DNA of 64,000 bases, taken from assembly GCA_964016885.1 (NCBI GenBank), contig OZ024742.1:315022001-315086000 (forward strand). The letters run 5' to 3'. This document shows positions 25,276 through 39,357 of the stretch, one piece after another. Position 1 is the stretch's first letter, and every line of letters starts with the position of its first letter. Below the pieces are notes generated by a model. The model searched no databases. It was not told the DNA's origin and saw nothing but the letters and a program-made list of their open reading frames with translations. The translations under genes were made by a program, and so were the position numbers. The DNA comes from Eledone cirrhosa (lineage: Eukaryota).

Positions 25276-25410
25276 CTACTGTACGTCTGTATACATATAT
25301 GTATGTACGTATACATACATACTTACATTTAAGTAAGTGCCGTACTAAGACTGAGAAATGAAATTTCGTTTCATTCTATTCCATTTATATATATATATAT
25401 ATATATATGG

Positions 25411-25453
<43 letters not shown>

Positions 25454-25729
25454 TGTGTGTATGTGTGTCTGTGTGTGAGCAATTATCTATGCTAGAGCAC
25501 AGTCTAATGTTGAAGATTTAATGTAAATTTAATGTAGACATAAGATGTTTTTGCTTTAGTTAAATGACAATCCTCAGAGTGAAAAGTAGGACATGTAAAA
25601 ATATATTTTACTATTTATTATATTTATGGTTAAATTTTGTAATCCGTAAACACGTTTCGCGTTATACAGACTGTTTAATGTTTAATTCACACCAACTGTA
25701 GAACCTCTATGATTAATTATGTACAACAT

Positions 25730-25927
25730 TAATAATTGTTTCTACTTTTGGCACAAGACGAACAAATTACCCCAGTGTATTACTGGCACTTTATTTTATC
25801 GACCCCGTAAGGATGAAAGGCAAACTTAACCTTGGCGGGATTTGAACTCAGACCGTAAAGGGCCGTAATTCTATACCACAAAGCATGGCGGCCGACCCTC
25901 TACCGATAGAGCCAATCCAGCGCCCCA
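25730..25927 (-). mobile_element. SINE (main family)
   Basis: Reverse complement of the family consensus. Confidence 0.85.
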
Positions 25928-26915
25928 TAACAACGAAAATTATAAAAGGATTTATAATTAAAACAAATAAATTAATTATCTTATACAGAGTAATATTTCC
26001 AACGATTCGTTTGAGATTGAAAATTATAATTATATTTATGTAATTTAATATACACAATTATTATATTTAAAGTTATAATTGCACACGCAGTATGGCTGAA
26101 TGGATTCGTAAATATAAGGTGCACCGGGACGATACTACTGCTTGGCATTTTGTGCAACTGATTGAAACTCGAATGCCAAACATGGTTGAAAGCCTCTCAG
26201 TTGAAATGCTCTCGTCCTTGTTACACTGAATCTCCCTGAGTATTTCCTTAGGGGTACAAATACCCGTAAGATATCCAGAAACTTGCAAGTTAATTTCACA
26301 CGAAGATATTTCAGTTGATCGAACGAATAGAAAACTCATTGACGAAAGCAACAAACGTAAATTCCATAATTCTCATATTTTTCCTCTTCTTAACTTGATT
26401 TCATTATCCAATTTTTACGATGTAATACGTCATTTTTTTTATAAATTACCAACTGACAATTTGCATTCTCTATCATAAGTATAATTGCATTCTCTATCAT
26501 AAGTATAATATTAGTTGCTTTAGCTTCTAACCTGGAGATCTAAAAGGCCATACAAATACCAAATTAAAATGTAATCAATTATCATTTCACCACACACGCT
26601 TTTATTAATTTTAAGCGACGACTTGAAATCTGTATGGTATATAAATGATTTGTAAATAACTCCAATATATTAACCCTGCTGTCAAATGTAACGTTCCTCG
26701 ACTTATGTGCATAATTCTAATCCAAACTTTAAATTATGTAATAAAAGATCGAAGATGTAGTATACCTCCGTTTCAGGACATTGTGAAAATATCCTTAATT
26801 CTAACTTTTATTTAAATTTCAATCATTTATTGTATACTTATTTCATTTTAGTTAAGAATTCAAAATGCAATTTATTTCATGATTTATTATTTGTTTGATA
26901 TTTTTGTATTTCATT

Positions 26916-26967
<52 letters not shown>

Positions 26968-26982
26968 AGAGAGAGAGAGAGA

Positions 26983-27055
<73 letters not shown>

Positions 27056-27150
27056 GAAAACGAAAAATCAGATATTCTATACTCTGCTCTGCAAGAGGAT
27101 AGAGTGCTCAATCGGCATACTGCCTATGGAAGCATCTTAGCTACCATCAG

Positions 27151-27193
<43 letters not shown>

Positions 27194-28595
27194 GATGTTC
27201 ACGTTTAAACTTCAGTTTCCAATAAATATATATGAATGGATCCCGGATTTAAATGAAGTGCATTAACCTTACATTCCATCCATCAATGGGCTCTCTTTAA
27301 TTCTGGTGTAAGAGCACCATCATTACATGATGTGACTCGAGGTCGATACAATAATGTATCAATCAAGCACTGGGGTTCATATAATAGATATACCCCTTCC
27401 TTTAAATTGCAGACGTTGTGCCAAACTCAGAGACCATATTTTAATGAGGGCGGTGTACCGGTAATGCCGGTAGAGTTCAGATTCAGCCGATGTCAACAGT
27501 GCTTTTCATTCTTCATTTAGGTCAATTAATAAAGTACCAGGCAAGTATTGGTGTCGGTGCAATCGACTTCCAACTCTCCCAAAAATGCTGGCGTTGTAGT
27601 AACATTATTAGGAAGTGTTATTTGTCTCACCACCTTACCATTTTGAAACAAAGCAACAGCTTTAAGCGCAATCATTTTATAACGGAAAATATATTTAATG
27701 ATTAACAATGCCAGTAGCATATATTGCTAGACGTTACGTAATAAGTAAACGACGAATTAAATGTTGAACATGTCATAATTCATAGATTTGACACTGCCCA
27801 CGCGATTTTCTGTAAAACACAAATACACGCAGTCACGTTGCTCTCGAATTACAGTATAATTTTGCAATGTATCGTCTTTTATTTTATGTATAGTGAATTT
27901 ATCTTTATACGCCCCCTTATTATTTTACCTTCTTTTATGTTACTCTATTATTTTTTATTCCTTTTTAATGACGTTTCATTTTTATTGCCATATGTAATCA
28001 CTTTCCATATTCTTAGTTGCCTTAGTTTTTTATAACACTACTCTAACACATACAATATTTTCCATTTAACGGCTTCCCTATTATGTATATTCTCTTCTAC
28101 CTCACTTCAAGTTATCTGGTTATATAAGTAATATCATTACAAATGGATTTTATTGCGATTTTGAACATTCGCCAGATGAAACGGCAGTGATCTAAAACTG
28201 TCTCTTTGACGTTAGTTAAATTATGTATGTGTGTATTATGTAGTTGCGTGTGTGTGTGTGTATGTATGTATGTATGAATATATGTATGTATGTATAATCT
28301 TCTGGTTTTAGTTTATGAATTTTACCAACAGAGAGGGAGCCGCTTTCTAATGGACAAAGAAGACTCTTTCCTTGGAATTTAGACATTAACTAGGTAAATA
28401 CGTAAGTATGTTTGTATGTGTTGGTGTATGTTTGCGTGTAGGTATGGTTGTTATTGCATGTGTAAATCTGTATGTTTTGAATTAAATGTGCATTCATGTA
28501 TATGGTTTACCATCTATACTTGAGTATATGCAGTTGTTACATCCTAATTTTTTGAAATATTTTACATGTTTACAGTTCCATTAATTGCAACTTTC

Positions 28596-28810
28596 AGAGC
28601 GGTGGATTGGCAGTATCAGTAGAGAGTCGGACGCCATGCTTTGCAACATAGAGTTATGGCTCTTTATGATCTGAGTTCAAATCCCGCCAAGGTTAACTTT
28701 GCCTTTCATCCTTACGGGGTCGATAAAATAAAGTACCAGTCACGCACTGAGTTCAATTTAATCGACTTTCGCCTCCCTCAAAATTGCTGGCTTTGTGCCT
28801 ATATAAGAAA
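28596..28810 (+). mobile_element. SINE (long-tail subfamily) with 18-bp TSD
   Basis: TSD ccattaattgcaactttc at 28578 and 28811. Confidence 0.9.
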
Positions 28811-30190
28811 CCATTAATTGCAACTTTCTAGTTCTGTGAAGCCCAATTTCTCACCCTATCTAGTGAGACAGTTAATAACACATGCAGGGATACAATCATA
28901 AAGGTACAGCAGCGTGAAGTATCTGATGAAGATGTTTCATTTATTCAGCATAAATGTTCTCCTTTTCACTAATTTTCAGCATTATATTAACAGCTGTTAG
29001 GCATCTGATTTCCACTACTGTACATGCCTTCTTTTTTTTTCTCTGTCCCATACCCCTTATGTCTGATACGTTATGTCTGCATTTTATTGGGCTTTTCACT
29101 GGAACATTCCACCAGTACTCTTACATATTGTGCATATGCCCTCCACATCACTGTAACCTTTAATATTTTTATACTCAAGAATATGCCTTCTACGTATTTC
29201 ATTGTATGTATATGTATATATGCATGTATGAATGTATGTATGTATACATCATGTATGTGTATATATATATGTTTATATATTTTTACGTATGTATTCATGT
29301 ACAAATATATAAGGCGGTGATTTGACAGGTTTGTTAGAACGTCGGATAGAATACTTATTTTCTCCATTCCTCATTTCGGGGTCGATAAATAAAGTACTTG
29401 GGTAAATTATCACTCTATAAATCTACTTATCGATCTATCTATCTTTCTATCTATCTCTCAACGAAAGTAATAGCCTGTTTTCAGACCTGCAGGGGGATGC
29501 GTTCTGTCAGGTTGAATGGCTTTACTAAACGAAATAGCTTAATTTACATCAATACTGAGTTTCGTTCAGGTAGTTTAATTAAGTAATTATTCATATGCTA
29601 AGCAGCACTTATGATACTGTACTTATGCTTTAGAGAACATATATTGTAGTGGTACAAGTTTTAACAGATACTGACGACCATAAATCTACTGGTAATGTAC
29701 ACAATGTCTAAGTGGACAAATAACAGAGGGATGTGTGGTTCCTGGTGAGTTTCCCAAATAGGACTGAAACCAGTTGGCCTGATTAGTTTTTCTTACTGTC
29801 CCCGGGGAGATTATATAGCCATTTATATCTATGTGAACGCTGCATGTAATTACACATACAACATCGGTAGAAACGTAACAATGATGGCAACTTCAAAACG
29901 AAGCTAATTAGTGTATCAATAATTAATTAGGAATGTAAAATCTGAGTGGCTTCATATGAAATTAGTATTATTACGAAACGTGCAGCTGTGACTATACAGT
30001 TATGAAATAATAATTAGCTACGGTTGAATATTTAGAGATAGATTGAAATGTTAGTGCCTTGTTATCAATTAGGTAAGAGAATAAAATCATGTTTCATTAA
30101 TTCAAAAGATCACAGTAATAAATCCAAGCTGTGCAATAATACTAAAGAATGGAGATATGTTTAGCAAATATATCCCATTATTATTGACAA

Positions 30191-30380
30191 GGACGGTGGA
30201 TTGGCAGTATCGGTAGAGGGTCGGACGCCATGCTTTGTCGCAAAGAGTTACGGCCCTTGCCATTCTGAGTTCAAATCCCGCCAAAGTTAACTTTGCCTTT
30301 CATTCTTACGGGGTCGATAAAATAAAGTACCAGTAATCTACTGGATAATTGCTGGCATTGTGCCAAAAGTAGAAACAATT
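30191..30380 (+). mobile_element. SINE with TSD
   Basis: attattattgacaagg on both sides. Confidence 0.9.
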
Positions 30381-31165
30381 ATTATTGACAAGGACATAAG
30401 TACGGGCTGGTACCTAAAACGACTGTAAAGAGGAATGTGTGAAAGGGTGTATTTCTTAGCTTAAATACTTAGAAATGAAACACAGCGGACCCACAGTGAT
30501 GGAAATATATGTGGCCTTGGTCTCCTGGACTATCTCCCTACTTGTTTCAATCGGAATGAAAATGGCCATCAATGAGAACAAGCTCATTGAGGTAGACTAT
30601 TTCTTATAAGCTATATCTCTCTTGCTATAATCATGTGTAATATATGCGCTCTTGTGTCCGCGAAGAGCAGAAAGCAACAATTATCTGATTTTTGTTACGC
30701 AGGAAATGTATAGTGATGTTAGTACTATGTTATGAAAACAGTTCTAGTTGATATGATAACTAGGATTCCAAACCGATTCTGGGATTCATTTCGAGAATAA
30801 TTTTACACAGATAATAAGATTTTAGTCATACTACACATCAATCTGGGCCAAGGTCGCATCGATATGGGGCAGATTTTAGCAGCTGTATGATAATTATAAA
30901 ATAATTGGTTAGGTGGTGTATACAGATCAATATTAATTAGTATATAGCTGATCAGGCAATAGATTCAGAATGACAAATACTCAATTTAGTAGTGCTTAGC
31001 CATACAACACTTAAATAAATGCACAAAACACTAAAGATAATTCCTTTCAGATATATGTGTTGTGTGTGTGTGTATGTGTGTGTGTGTGTGTATGTGTGTG
31101 TGTGTGTGTGTGTGTCTGTGTGTGTGTGTGTGAACCTAATAGGCCTGATTGCTTCGTATCTCAGT

Positions 31166-31236
<71 letters not shown>

Positions 31237-31385
31237 AATAAGGGTTGACAGACCCACCATATTTATCAATGCCAGTACCGGTTGTATCTCAGCGCACTCA
31301 ATGGGCAATGTAAGATACATTACCAGAGTATACACATAGTTATTTGCCTCAACACAACACACGTAAAACAGATGCCTATAAGGTT

Positions 31386-31495
31386 CCCGGACTCGAGTTT
31401 CTGTCGCACTAATGCAGCAGTAAGGTGCACTGCACCATCTGTCTGCATATATTATGCAACAATTCACAATCGGCTTATGCGGCTTCATCAGCGGG
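31386..31495 (-). ncRNA. type I hammerhead with core insertion and long stem II
   Basis: cccg-CTGATGA-(23 nt)-tgttgcat..gtgcgaca-GAAA-ctcgag-TC-cggg. Confidence 0.7.
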
Positions 31496-31627
31496 TATCG
31501 CCTAATCAATAACCAATCGATCGACATAATCCAAACACCGGCCCGTGCCGGTCTAAACTGTGTGTGACAACCGACACAGTAAAGCGATATATATATATAT
31601 TTAATACATTAACAGAGAAAGCTTTAA

Positions 31628-31679
<52 letters not shown>

Positions 31680-31974
31680 AATTTAAACAGAAATAACAAA
31701 GCAAGTGACACAGTACAATAAAGAAATATATTAGTTTAATACTTGATATAGTAGAAAAAGTGTCTTTAGTTTGTGAACTTTAATCCAAAGACAGAAGATA
31801 TAATGAGGAATTAAAGATGAAATAGAAAGATAGATAATGAGAAGAACGGAAGATTACATGTTGTTAATCCCGGGCTCTAATACTATTACCTGGTAAAATT
31901 TGATTTGATTCTGTCGAGCCGTTTGAGAATACATAAGGAAACAGAGAGACAAAGAATTATATACATATATATGT

Positions 31975-32152
31975 CTCAGTATCGGTAGAGGGCCGGACCC
32001 CACACATTCCAGCATAGAGTTACGCCCCTTTATGGTCTGAGTTCAAATCCCGCCGAGGTTAATTTTGCCTTTCATCCTTACGAGGTCGATAAAATAATAT
32101 ACCAGTAATGCACTGGGATAATTGCTAGACTTGTGCACATAGTAGAAACAAT
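31975..32152 (+). mobile_element. SINE (main family)
   Basis: Family B-box, core and tail. Confidence 0.85.
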
Positions 32153-32231
32153 ATATATATATGTGTGTGTGTTAAGTATTTCCATAGAAAAGGTAGAGGA
32201 AAGAAGAGTGTTGACAGTATTGTACAGAGCT

Positions 32232-32437
32232 ATTTAATTACATAATAAACAACACTATATAAATATTCCATTACCAAAGATTTTAGGAAACTACACGATC
32301 TTTACAGAAACGTCTAACTCGCTCATCAGATGAAATAATAACTATTTCATCTGATGAACGAGCTAGACGATTCTGTAAAGAACGTCTCGTTTCCTTAAAT
32401 CTTTGGTAATATATTGTGTTGTTTATTATGTAATTAA
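32232..32437. repeat. fold-back element
   Basis: Arms centred on about 32340 (tcatcagatgaaata / tatttcatctgatga). Confidence 0.75.
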
Positions 32438-32505
32438 ATTATATATATGTATATATATATATATGTTATCCATGTGCTACCAGCAGTATTTTTCTCCCCC
32501 TTTTT

Positions 32506-32558
<53 letters not shown>

Positions 32559-32614
32559 GTGAGGTTTTTTTTACAAAATGAAAAATAACCGAGGTGTCCT
32601 ACACGAGTGAAAGT

Positions 32615-32830
32615 ATAAAGAAAAAAAGATGAAATCGAAAATGTAACTGGAGTCTTATTTTAAAATATATATATATTTATTTGGTTCCTTTACCGGTTTC
32701 GTACAGACCCTCCATCTCAACTCTACTATTGAAAAACAGAAGAACTGCGAAACCGGTAATGGAACCAAATAAATATATATATTTTTTTTTAAATAAGACT
32801 CCAGTTACATTTTCGATTTCATCTGTTTTT

Positions 32831-32836
<6 letters not shown>
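32615..32836. repeat. fold-back element with HHR 3' half
   Basis: 32621-32701 inverted with 32749-32831; GAAA-ccgg-TA on each arm. Confidence 0.7.
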
Positions 32837-32893
<57 letters not shown>

Positions 32894-33217
32894 CGCTCAT
32901 ATATTCACCTAGCTTATGCTAACAGAATAACTATGAAGCTTGTTCCCTTCCTTCTACGGTTAGCTATCCTCTTTGTTGTTATCTTGTTTCACTCGCTTTA
33001 CGCGTTTTAATTGTCCTAATAACTTAATTTAGTTATTATTGCACCGACGTGAGGTATATGATTTTTAATGCAATGAAATATCTATGATCGTCGGCAAATC
33101 ACTGATGAGGGACTTATTTTATTACATGTTATCCATGTGCAACCAGCAGTATTCTTCTCCCCATTTTTTCATATATAAATATATATATATATATATATAC
33201 GTGTATATATATATACA

Positions 33218-33388
<171 letters not shown>

Positions 33389-33401
33389 ATATATATATGT
33401 G

Positions 33402-33462
<61 letters not shown>

Positions 33463-33487
33463 GTATGTATATATATATAAATATACA

Positions 33488-33590
33488 ACACTGGTCTGTT
33501 GGAGACGCAGGACATGGCAGCGATAATGAGGGACAGAGACCGCTGGAGAGTACTCGTCCATGGATCTCGGGAATTTTACCCGCCTTATAT
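33488..33590 (+). mobile_element. RTE-like LINE extreme 3' end
   Basis: Translates to [28 protein letters not shown], resembling the RTE C-terminal DRxxWR motif. Confidence 0.55.
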
Positions 33591-33601
33591 AGATAGATAG
33601 A

Positions 33602-33659
<58 letters not shown>

Positions 33660-33681
33660 CACATATATATATATATATATG

Positions 33682-33732
<51 letters not shown>

Positions 33733-34125
33733 CTAACAACATTCCAGCCCTATAAATAATAATTCAGAAAATTGGAGAATATTATCTTAGATATGAGAAA
33801 AAATAGGCAGGCTATTATTCTTTTTCATTTGCGATGCACATATTTTCAAATTTTCAAATGTCATACACTTTAAATGCTTCGATATTTCGTATGGTTTCTT
33901 TATATCAAGCAACAATCTAGCTCTAAGCTGTATAATATAGCATCGTATAAAAGAGCGCAGACACTATCAGTTGCCGCTAGGCTTAATAGTGACGCTCTTG
34001 CAGAGGTTATTCAAGCGATACGTGGTTCGGTTATTGGCAAGTTCTTCTGGTCCCTTTTTTCTGTCGATTAGGGTCATTTACTTAATTTCTGAACTATTTT
34101 CAGTAGTGATTGACATCTGTTACAG

Positions 34126-34193
<68 letters not shown>

Positions 34194-34196
34194 CAT

Positions 34197-34340
34197 GAAA
34201 TATATATAATAGAATAAATATGGCTTTATAAATATAGTCTCTTTTTATTAATATCATTGATATATATATATATATATCAATGATATTAATAAATGGAGAC
34301 TATATTTATAAAGCCATATTTATTCTATTATATATATTTC
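34197..34340. repeat. near-perfect 144-bp palindrome
   Basis: Arms around a central (TA)n at about 34268. Confidence 0.85.
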
Positions 34341-34381
34341 AAAAGTACCAAAACTTTGGTACGCCCTCATCAGATAAAATA
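34321..34381 (-). ncRNA. type I hammerhead ribozyme
   Basis: tattttat-CTGATGA-gggcgtaccaaa..tttggtactttt-GAAA-tatata-TA-atagaata. Confidence 0.8.
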
Positions 34382-34620
34382 CAAAGTTTGTTTAATAAAT
34401 ATTGACATATCCAACAACGAGATCTTAACGGTTCAAGTTTTTCCTGGATAGTAAAAGGTAAAAGGGGAAAGAGAGGAAAAATCAAATATTTCAAATTATT
34501 AAGATGAATATGCAAATGAGGTTGAGGTATAGGGCTGAAAAAAACGTTATTTTTAGACGGTAGGTACATTTAAACAATTATTAGGATATATATATGTATG
34601 TGTAGGAAGAATATCCCTTT

Positions 34621-34660
<40 letters not shown>

Positions 34661-34663
<3 letters not shown>

Positions 34664-34852
34664 AACCAGTAAGACCCCGACGGCTGAGCTCAAGCCGTTT
34701 CGACGGCTAATTCTGGACTGAATTAGCCGTCGAAACGGCTTGAGCTGAGCCGTTGGGGTCTTACTGGTTCCTATTACCCACTCTACTACCCCAAGTATTG
34801 AGTACTTTGGTGCGTTATGGTCCACCTGGTTCCTTACCACATTTCCTTCGTT
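34661..34852 (+). mobile_element. family A short fold-back end
   Basis: Inverted arm 34661-34713; HHR 3' half; terminus ttccttcgtt-(TA)n. Confidence 0.8.
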
Positions 34853-34897
34853 ATATATATATATATATATACATATATATGTGTGTGTGTGTGCGTC

Positions 34898-34946
<49 letters not shown>

Positions 34947-34998
34947 CAAACTCCAGCTAGAGATGAGAAAGTTACGACATCGGTTTTAAGTTAATGAC

Positions 34999-35077
<79 letters not shown>

Positions 35078-35509
35078 CAATTTAGAAATTAAAAATTAAA
35101 AAATATATGATCAACACTACTGTGTTTTTTTTTTTGCAATATATATATTCAGTCTTTAACTTAAAACCGATGTCGTAACTTTCTCATCTCTAGCTGGAGT
35201 TTGAAAGTTAACTCGTGTTATACAAAATATGGCTCAAATTTCTATCTGCTTTAGATTCAATTTGATTGGGTGAGCCGTTAACTCAGGCATAGAGCCCTGT
35301 TTTTTTACGTAATGTCTGTGCATTACGTTCTTGTGACAATGCAATAATGTCCAGTAAATGTGAAATGAGACAGTCCAAAAGAATATGTCATGTGATTGAA
35401 GAAAGAAATGTGTGTTTATATTTATGTATGTGTATATGTTTGTCTATCATTTCGTTTTTGTATTGTTTATAAATATACTTACTTAGATATCCACGTTTGA
35501 TATATATAT

Positions 35510-35639
35510 AACGAAGGAATTGTGGTAAGGAACCAGATGGACCATAACGCACCAGAGTACTCAATACTTAGGGTAGTAGAGTGGGTAATAGGATAGCCGT
35601 CGAAACGGCTTGAGCTCTGTCGTTGGGGTCATACTTTTT

Positions 35640-35642
<3 letters not shown>
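35510..35642 (-). mobile_element. family A short fold-back end
   Basis: Minus-strand tail plus a plus-strand arm ending tttcct-(AT)n. Confidence 0.75.
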
Positions 35643-35731
<89 letters not shown>

Positions 35732-35859
35732 GTCTTTTACACAGGTGCAACATCCTGATTACTGTTCAAATGTCTTTTTGGGCCGCTTTTCGAGCCGCTT
35801 AGTTATGTGACATAAAGGCAGACACGGGCGGCGACATACATATACATATATATTTAACG

Positions 35860-36012
35860 AACCTTTGCCGCTTCTGTCTGCCAAATTGCACTCAAAACGT
35901 ATGTCAAGGCGTGGCTATAGTAGAAGATACTTGCCCAAGGGACCACTCAGCTAGATTAAATCCAGAACCTACTGGTTCCGAAGCGAAATCTCGTACCACT
36001 CACCGATACCTC
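35860..36012 (-). mobile_element. second SINE family fragment
   Basis: acttgcccaagg motif followed by a reverse tRNA-like head. Confidence 0.5.
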
Positions 36013-36139
36013 TACTATATATATATAATGTAGCTCATCATACATCGGATGTACAATAGTACAATATAACATCGCAATGTGCTTCACCGGAACATCGAAA
36101 TAAATGTCGATGTTTACTTTTATTATTATTAACGATATT

Positions 36140-36320
36140 GGGGCGGCGGATTGGTAGTATCGGTGGTGCACCGGTCAGAGTTATGGCCCCTTACGTTCTA
36201 AGTTCAGATCCCACCGAGTGTAGCTTTGCCTTTTATCCCTAATGCACTAGGTCAATTTAATCTACTTTCCCCTCTCCCCTAATTGCTGGCCTTGTGCATA
36301 TAGTACAAATCTTTATTATT
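36140..36320 (+). mobile_element. SINE (main family, diverged)
   Basis: Degenerate match to the family consensus. Confidence 0.7.
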
Positions 36321-36633
36321 AATCATATTACGATATCCCATATATAAAATAATATTCCGTTAATGTCACATGTGTTCTATTTCAGATGTATGAGAAATAA
36401 TCCTTAGTCGAGTCTGAGTTTCATAAAAGTAATAATATTCTCGTTGGTTTATGTTTAAGTCATAAGTCTTCCATTAAAAAATATTAAATAAATCATAACA
36501 GTTGAAGATATTGTAACATTAATCAGCACGTGGTCAAGTTATTCACCAACGAAACGTAAGCCTTCATTCATCATATAGGCCAAAGGAATTATTGTTTGGT
36601 TGAGAAATAAATTTATTATGATATAATATCACA

Positions 36634-36855
36634 AGGGCGGTGGATTGGCAGTATCGATAGAGGGCCGAACGCCATGCTTTTCAGCAAAGAGTTACGGCTC
36701 TTTATGATCTGAGTTCAAATTCCGCCGAGGTTAACTTTGCCTTTCATCCTTACGGGGTTGATAAAATAAAGTCGCAGTCACGCACTGGGGTCGATTTAAC
36801 CGACTTTCCCCTCCCTCAAAATTGCTGGCCTTGTGCCTATATAAGAAACCATTAG
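36634..36855 (+). mobile_element. SINE (long-tail subfamily)
   Basis: Family consensus; aatatcaca on both sides. Confidence 0.88.
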
Positions 36856-38404
36856 AATATCACACAAACACCATTTATATTTTGCAACATTATCATGCTT
36901 CTACAAGTTCAAATGTGTCTATAACTTTCCTTTTAAACGAATTTTACTATAAATTGAAATTTCTGTAGGTCTAGAATTTGTGTCGGTTGTGTGTTCTAAC
37001 AGACTATACATTCATATGATGAGGGATTTTCAAATATTCGAAAGTGTTTAAACGTTCATATTTTTTATAGAATAAATGACAAACTGCGTTAATGCTATGT
37101 CAATGGGTTATTTAAAATACCTCTATATTTAGCCATTCGGATAAGTCTTGTGAAAGCGTATACATTTAATTTAGCATAATTGCTACTTTTTTATTGCACA
37201 AATTACCCAATAAATGAAGTTAATGGGATGCCTGTGGATATCTGAAAATATGTCTATATATAACTATTTAAATATTCCTCTCTTACAGGCGCATATATAT
37301 AATTTATCGTAATTGCTTCACTTTTATTACACAAAGTGCTTAAAATAATATGATAAAACTGTTGATGCTTATTTTATCTATATTAATGGTAGGACGTAAA
37401 TATTAATCCAATTTCACTATATTTTTAAAGGTAAAATTATATTTCGAATAGGTTTATAAAAAGGTAAACTTTATCAGCTTCTACTACAATATAACTATGT
37501 ATAATATAAAAACGCATTATTTTGTAGACTTGTTAGCAATGGACATCTGTTATAATCTCATCAATATAGAAGGAAATGGGATAACAGTACTTCTGATTAT
37601 CCTCATACTGTAAGACTCAGAAGTATTTCATTGCAGCTTCGAAAGACGTAGTGATTCTAGTCGGTTTGCTCTATGGAATACAATTGAATATTGACTAACC
37701 GAATTCAATTCCCACAGAACAAAACATAAGATGGCCAAGAATTCTGAGAAGCCGGTTCTTTCTCGCCATGGCAAGTGAAACTATGAGGATATCACTAATA
37801 AATTGTTGACAGATTTGGTTTATTCAATCAATTAAAATGCAAAGTCCGGATGCTTCTTTTGATAGCATACGGAAGAGCAGGGATATATCTTAGGAAGTTG
37901 CCTTTGATTTATGAGATTTTGATGACCCAGCAAACAGAATGGATATCGAGATGAAAATATTTCAAATAGTTAAAGAAATATTTATAATATTTAGCATCAA
38001 ATCTACGGGTGGGTTATTTCAATATATAGATTTCATTTAAAATGTTGAATGTTAGAACTATACCGTAATTGATTCTAGCATGCTGTAAGAAAATAACTTT
38101 GTTTGTTGTCACGTCAATGTGTTGTTATACAGGAAACAAATGATAGGTGGTGGAAACTTGCTCTAAACTCGTTCTATAGTTTGAATGGAATAATAATAGT
38201 TTCAGTTAAATAGATATGCCAAATGCAAATAAAATAATCTCCTACTATTATTCATACAAATTAACTAAGAAAATGTTACACTATGATGCGATGAATATAA
38301 TGCTAATTTTAATGACACCATGTGTGCTGAATAAAGACTGTTCGTAAGTTAAAGAAAATAACAGACTAAAGAATTGCTCGTTGATAAAAAATAAGACATC
38401 CAAA

Positions 38405-38500
38405 ATAATTGTTTCTACTTTTGGCACAAGGCCAACAATTAGCCAGTGCATTACTGGTACTTTATTTTATAGACCTCGTAAGGATGAAAGGCAAAGTTTA
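38405..38500 (-). mobile_element. SINE 3' half
   Basis: Tail and core only. Confidence 0.8.
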
Positions 38501-39286
38501 CATTTTACGGTTTGAAAGTATTCACATATGTTGGAATCTACTTTATGTAACGTAAAGTATTATAATTTCCTATTACAACAGTTGCAGCACTGCATAATTG
38601 ACAAGTATGTCGGTGATTTACAATTCAAAGTTCAATTTAACAAACAGAAGGAGTATCGTCCAATCGACATAGGAGTCTGCATTTTATCTACGGAAAATTA
38701 TTACTGTTTCATTCGTCAGCTAAAATGGAAAAGGTATCACCGGCGGTGATAATTCCAGTGAAGTCGCTCTTAAAAAACTATCCTTTTGGATGTGCGTATA
38801 TATTTATATATATATATATATACACAATCTCACATACACACATAACATCCGTACACATGCACACCATCATGTATGTGTGGACATTCACTCATGTATGTAT
38901 ATATCCGCATACACACACAAAATTTGTGTACGTGAACGAGGTTGTTTTTTGCAACTTCGCAATGTTAAAAACAGTTAATCGTTTAAAGTTCATAAAATAC
39001 AACTCAGACATTTTGAAACACTCCATGTTGAATGTTTTAACCGCAACAAACGGATGAATGAACTACCAAGCGTTACGTTAATCACCGAAAATTTGAATTC
39101 ATTTGAAACTTCAAACACTTTATAGTATTTCTTTCAGAAAATAAAACATTTTCCTTTTTAAAATTATACTTTCATTTCAATAGCTCATTATTAAAATGAA
39201 ATAACGCAGACACGCAAATATATACACACACAAGCACCCTACACACACATAAACACCCTACACACACATACAAGCACCCTACACAC

Positions 39287-39357
<71 letters not shown>

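Larger units (their letters stand above)
24535..25388 (+). mobile_element. tandem repeat (514-bp period, about 1.7 units) with one HHR per unit
   Basis: ctgacgatagctaacaagcttgaaactagta at 24538 and 25052 with colinear downstream sequence. Confidence 0.8.

Noticed and set aside
28596-28700. SINE heads as tRNA genes
   Set aside because: A/B boxes are present but there is no complete cloverleaf, and they are followed by a SINE body and TSD
32300-32400. CTGATGA on both arms of a fold-back
   Set aside because: No GAAA-stem III-UH on the same strand with a matching stem I, so not called an HHR
37530-37960. Unique-looking sequence as a possible coding exon
   Set aside because: Frequent stops in the frames examined and no recognisable motif
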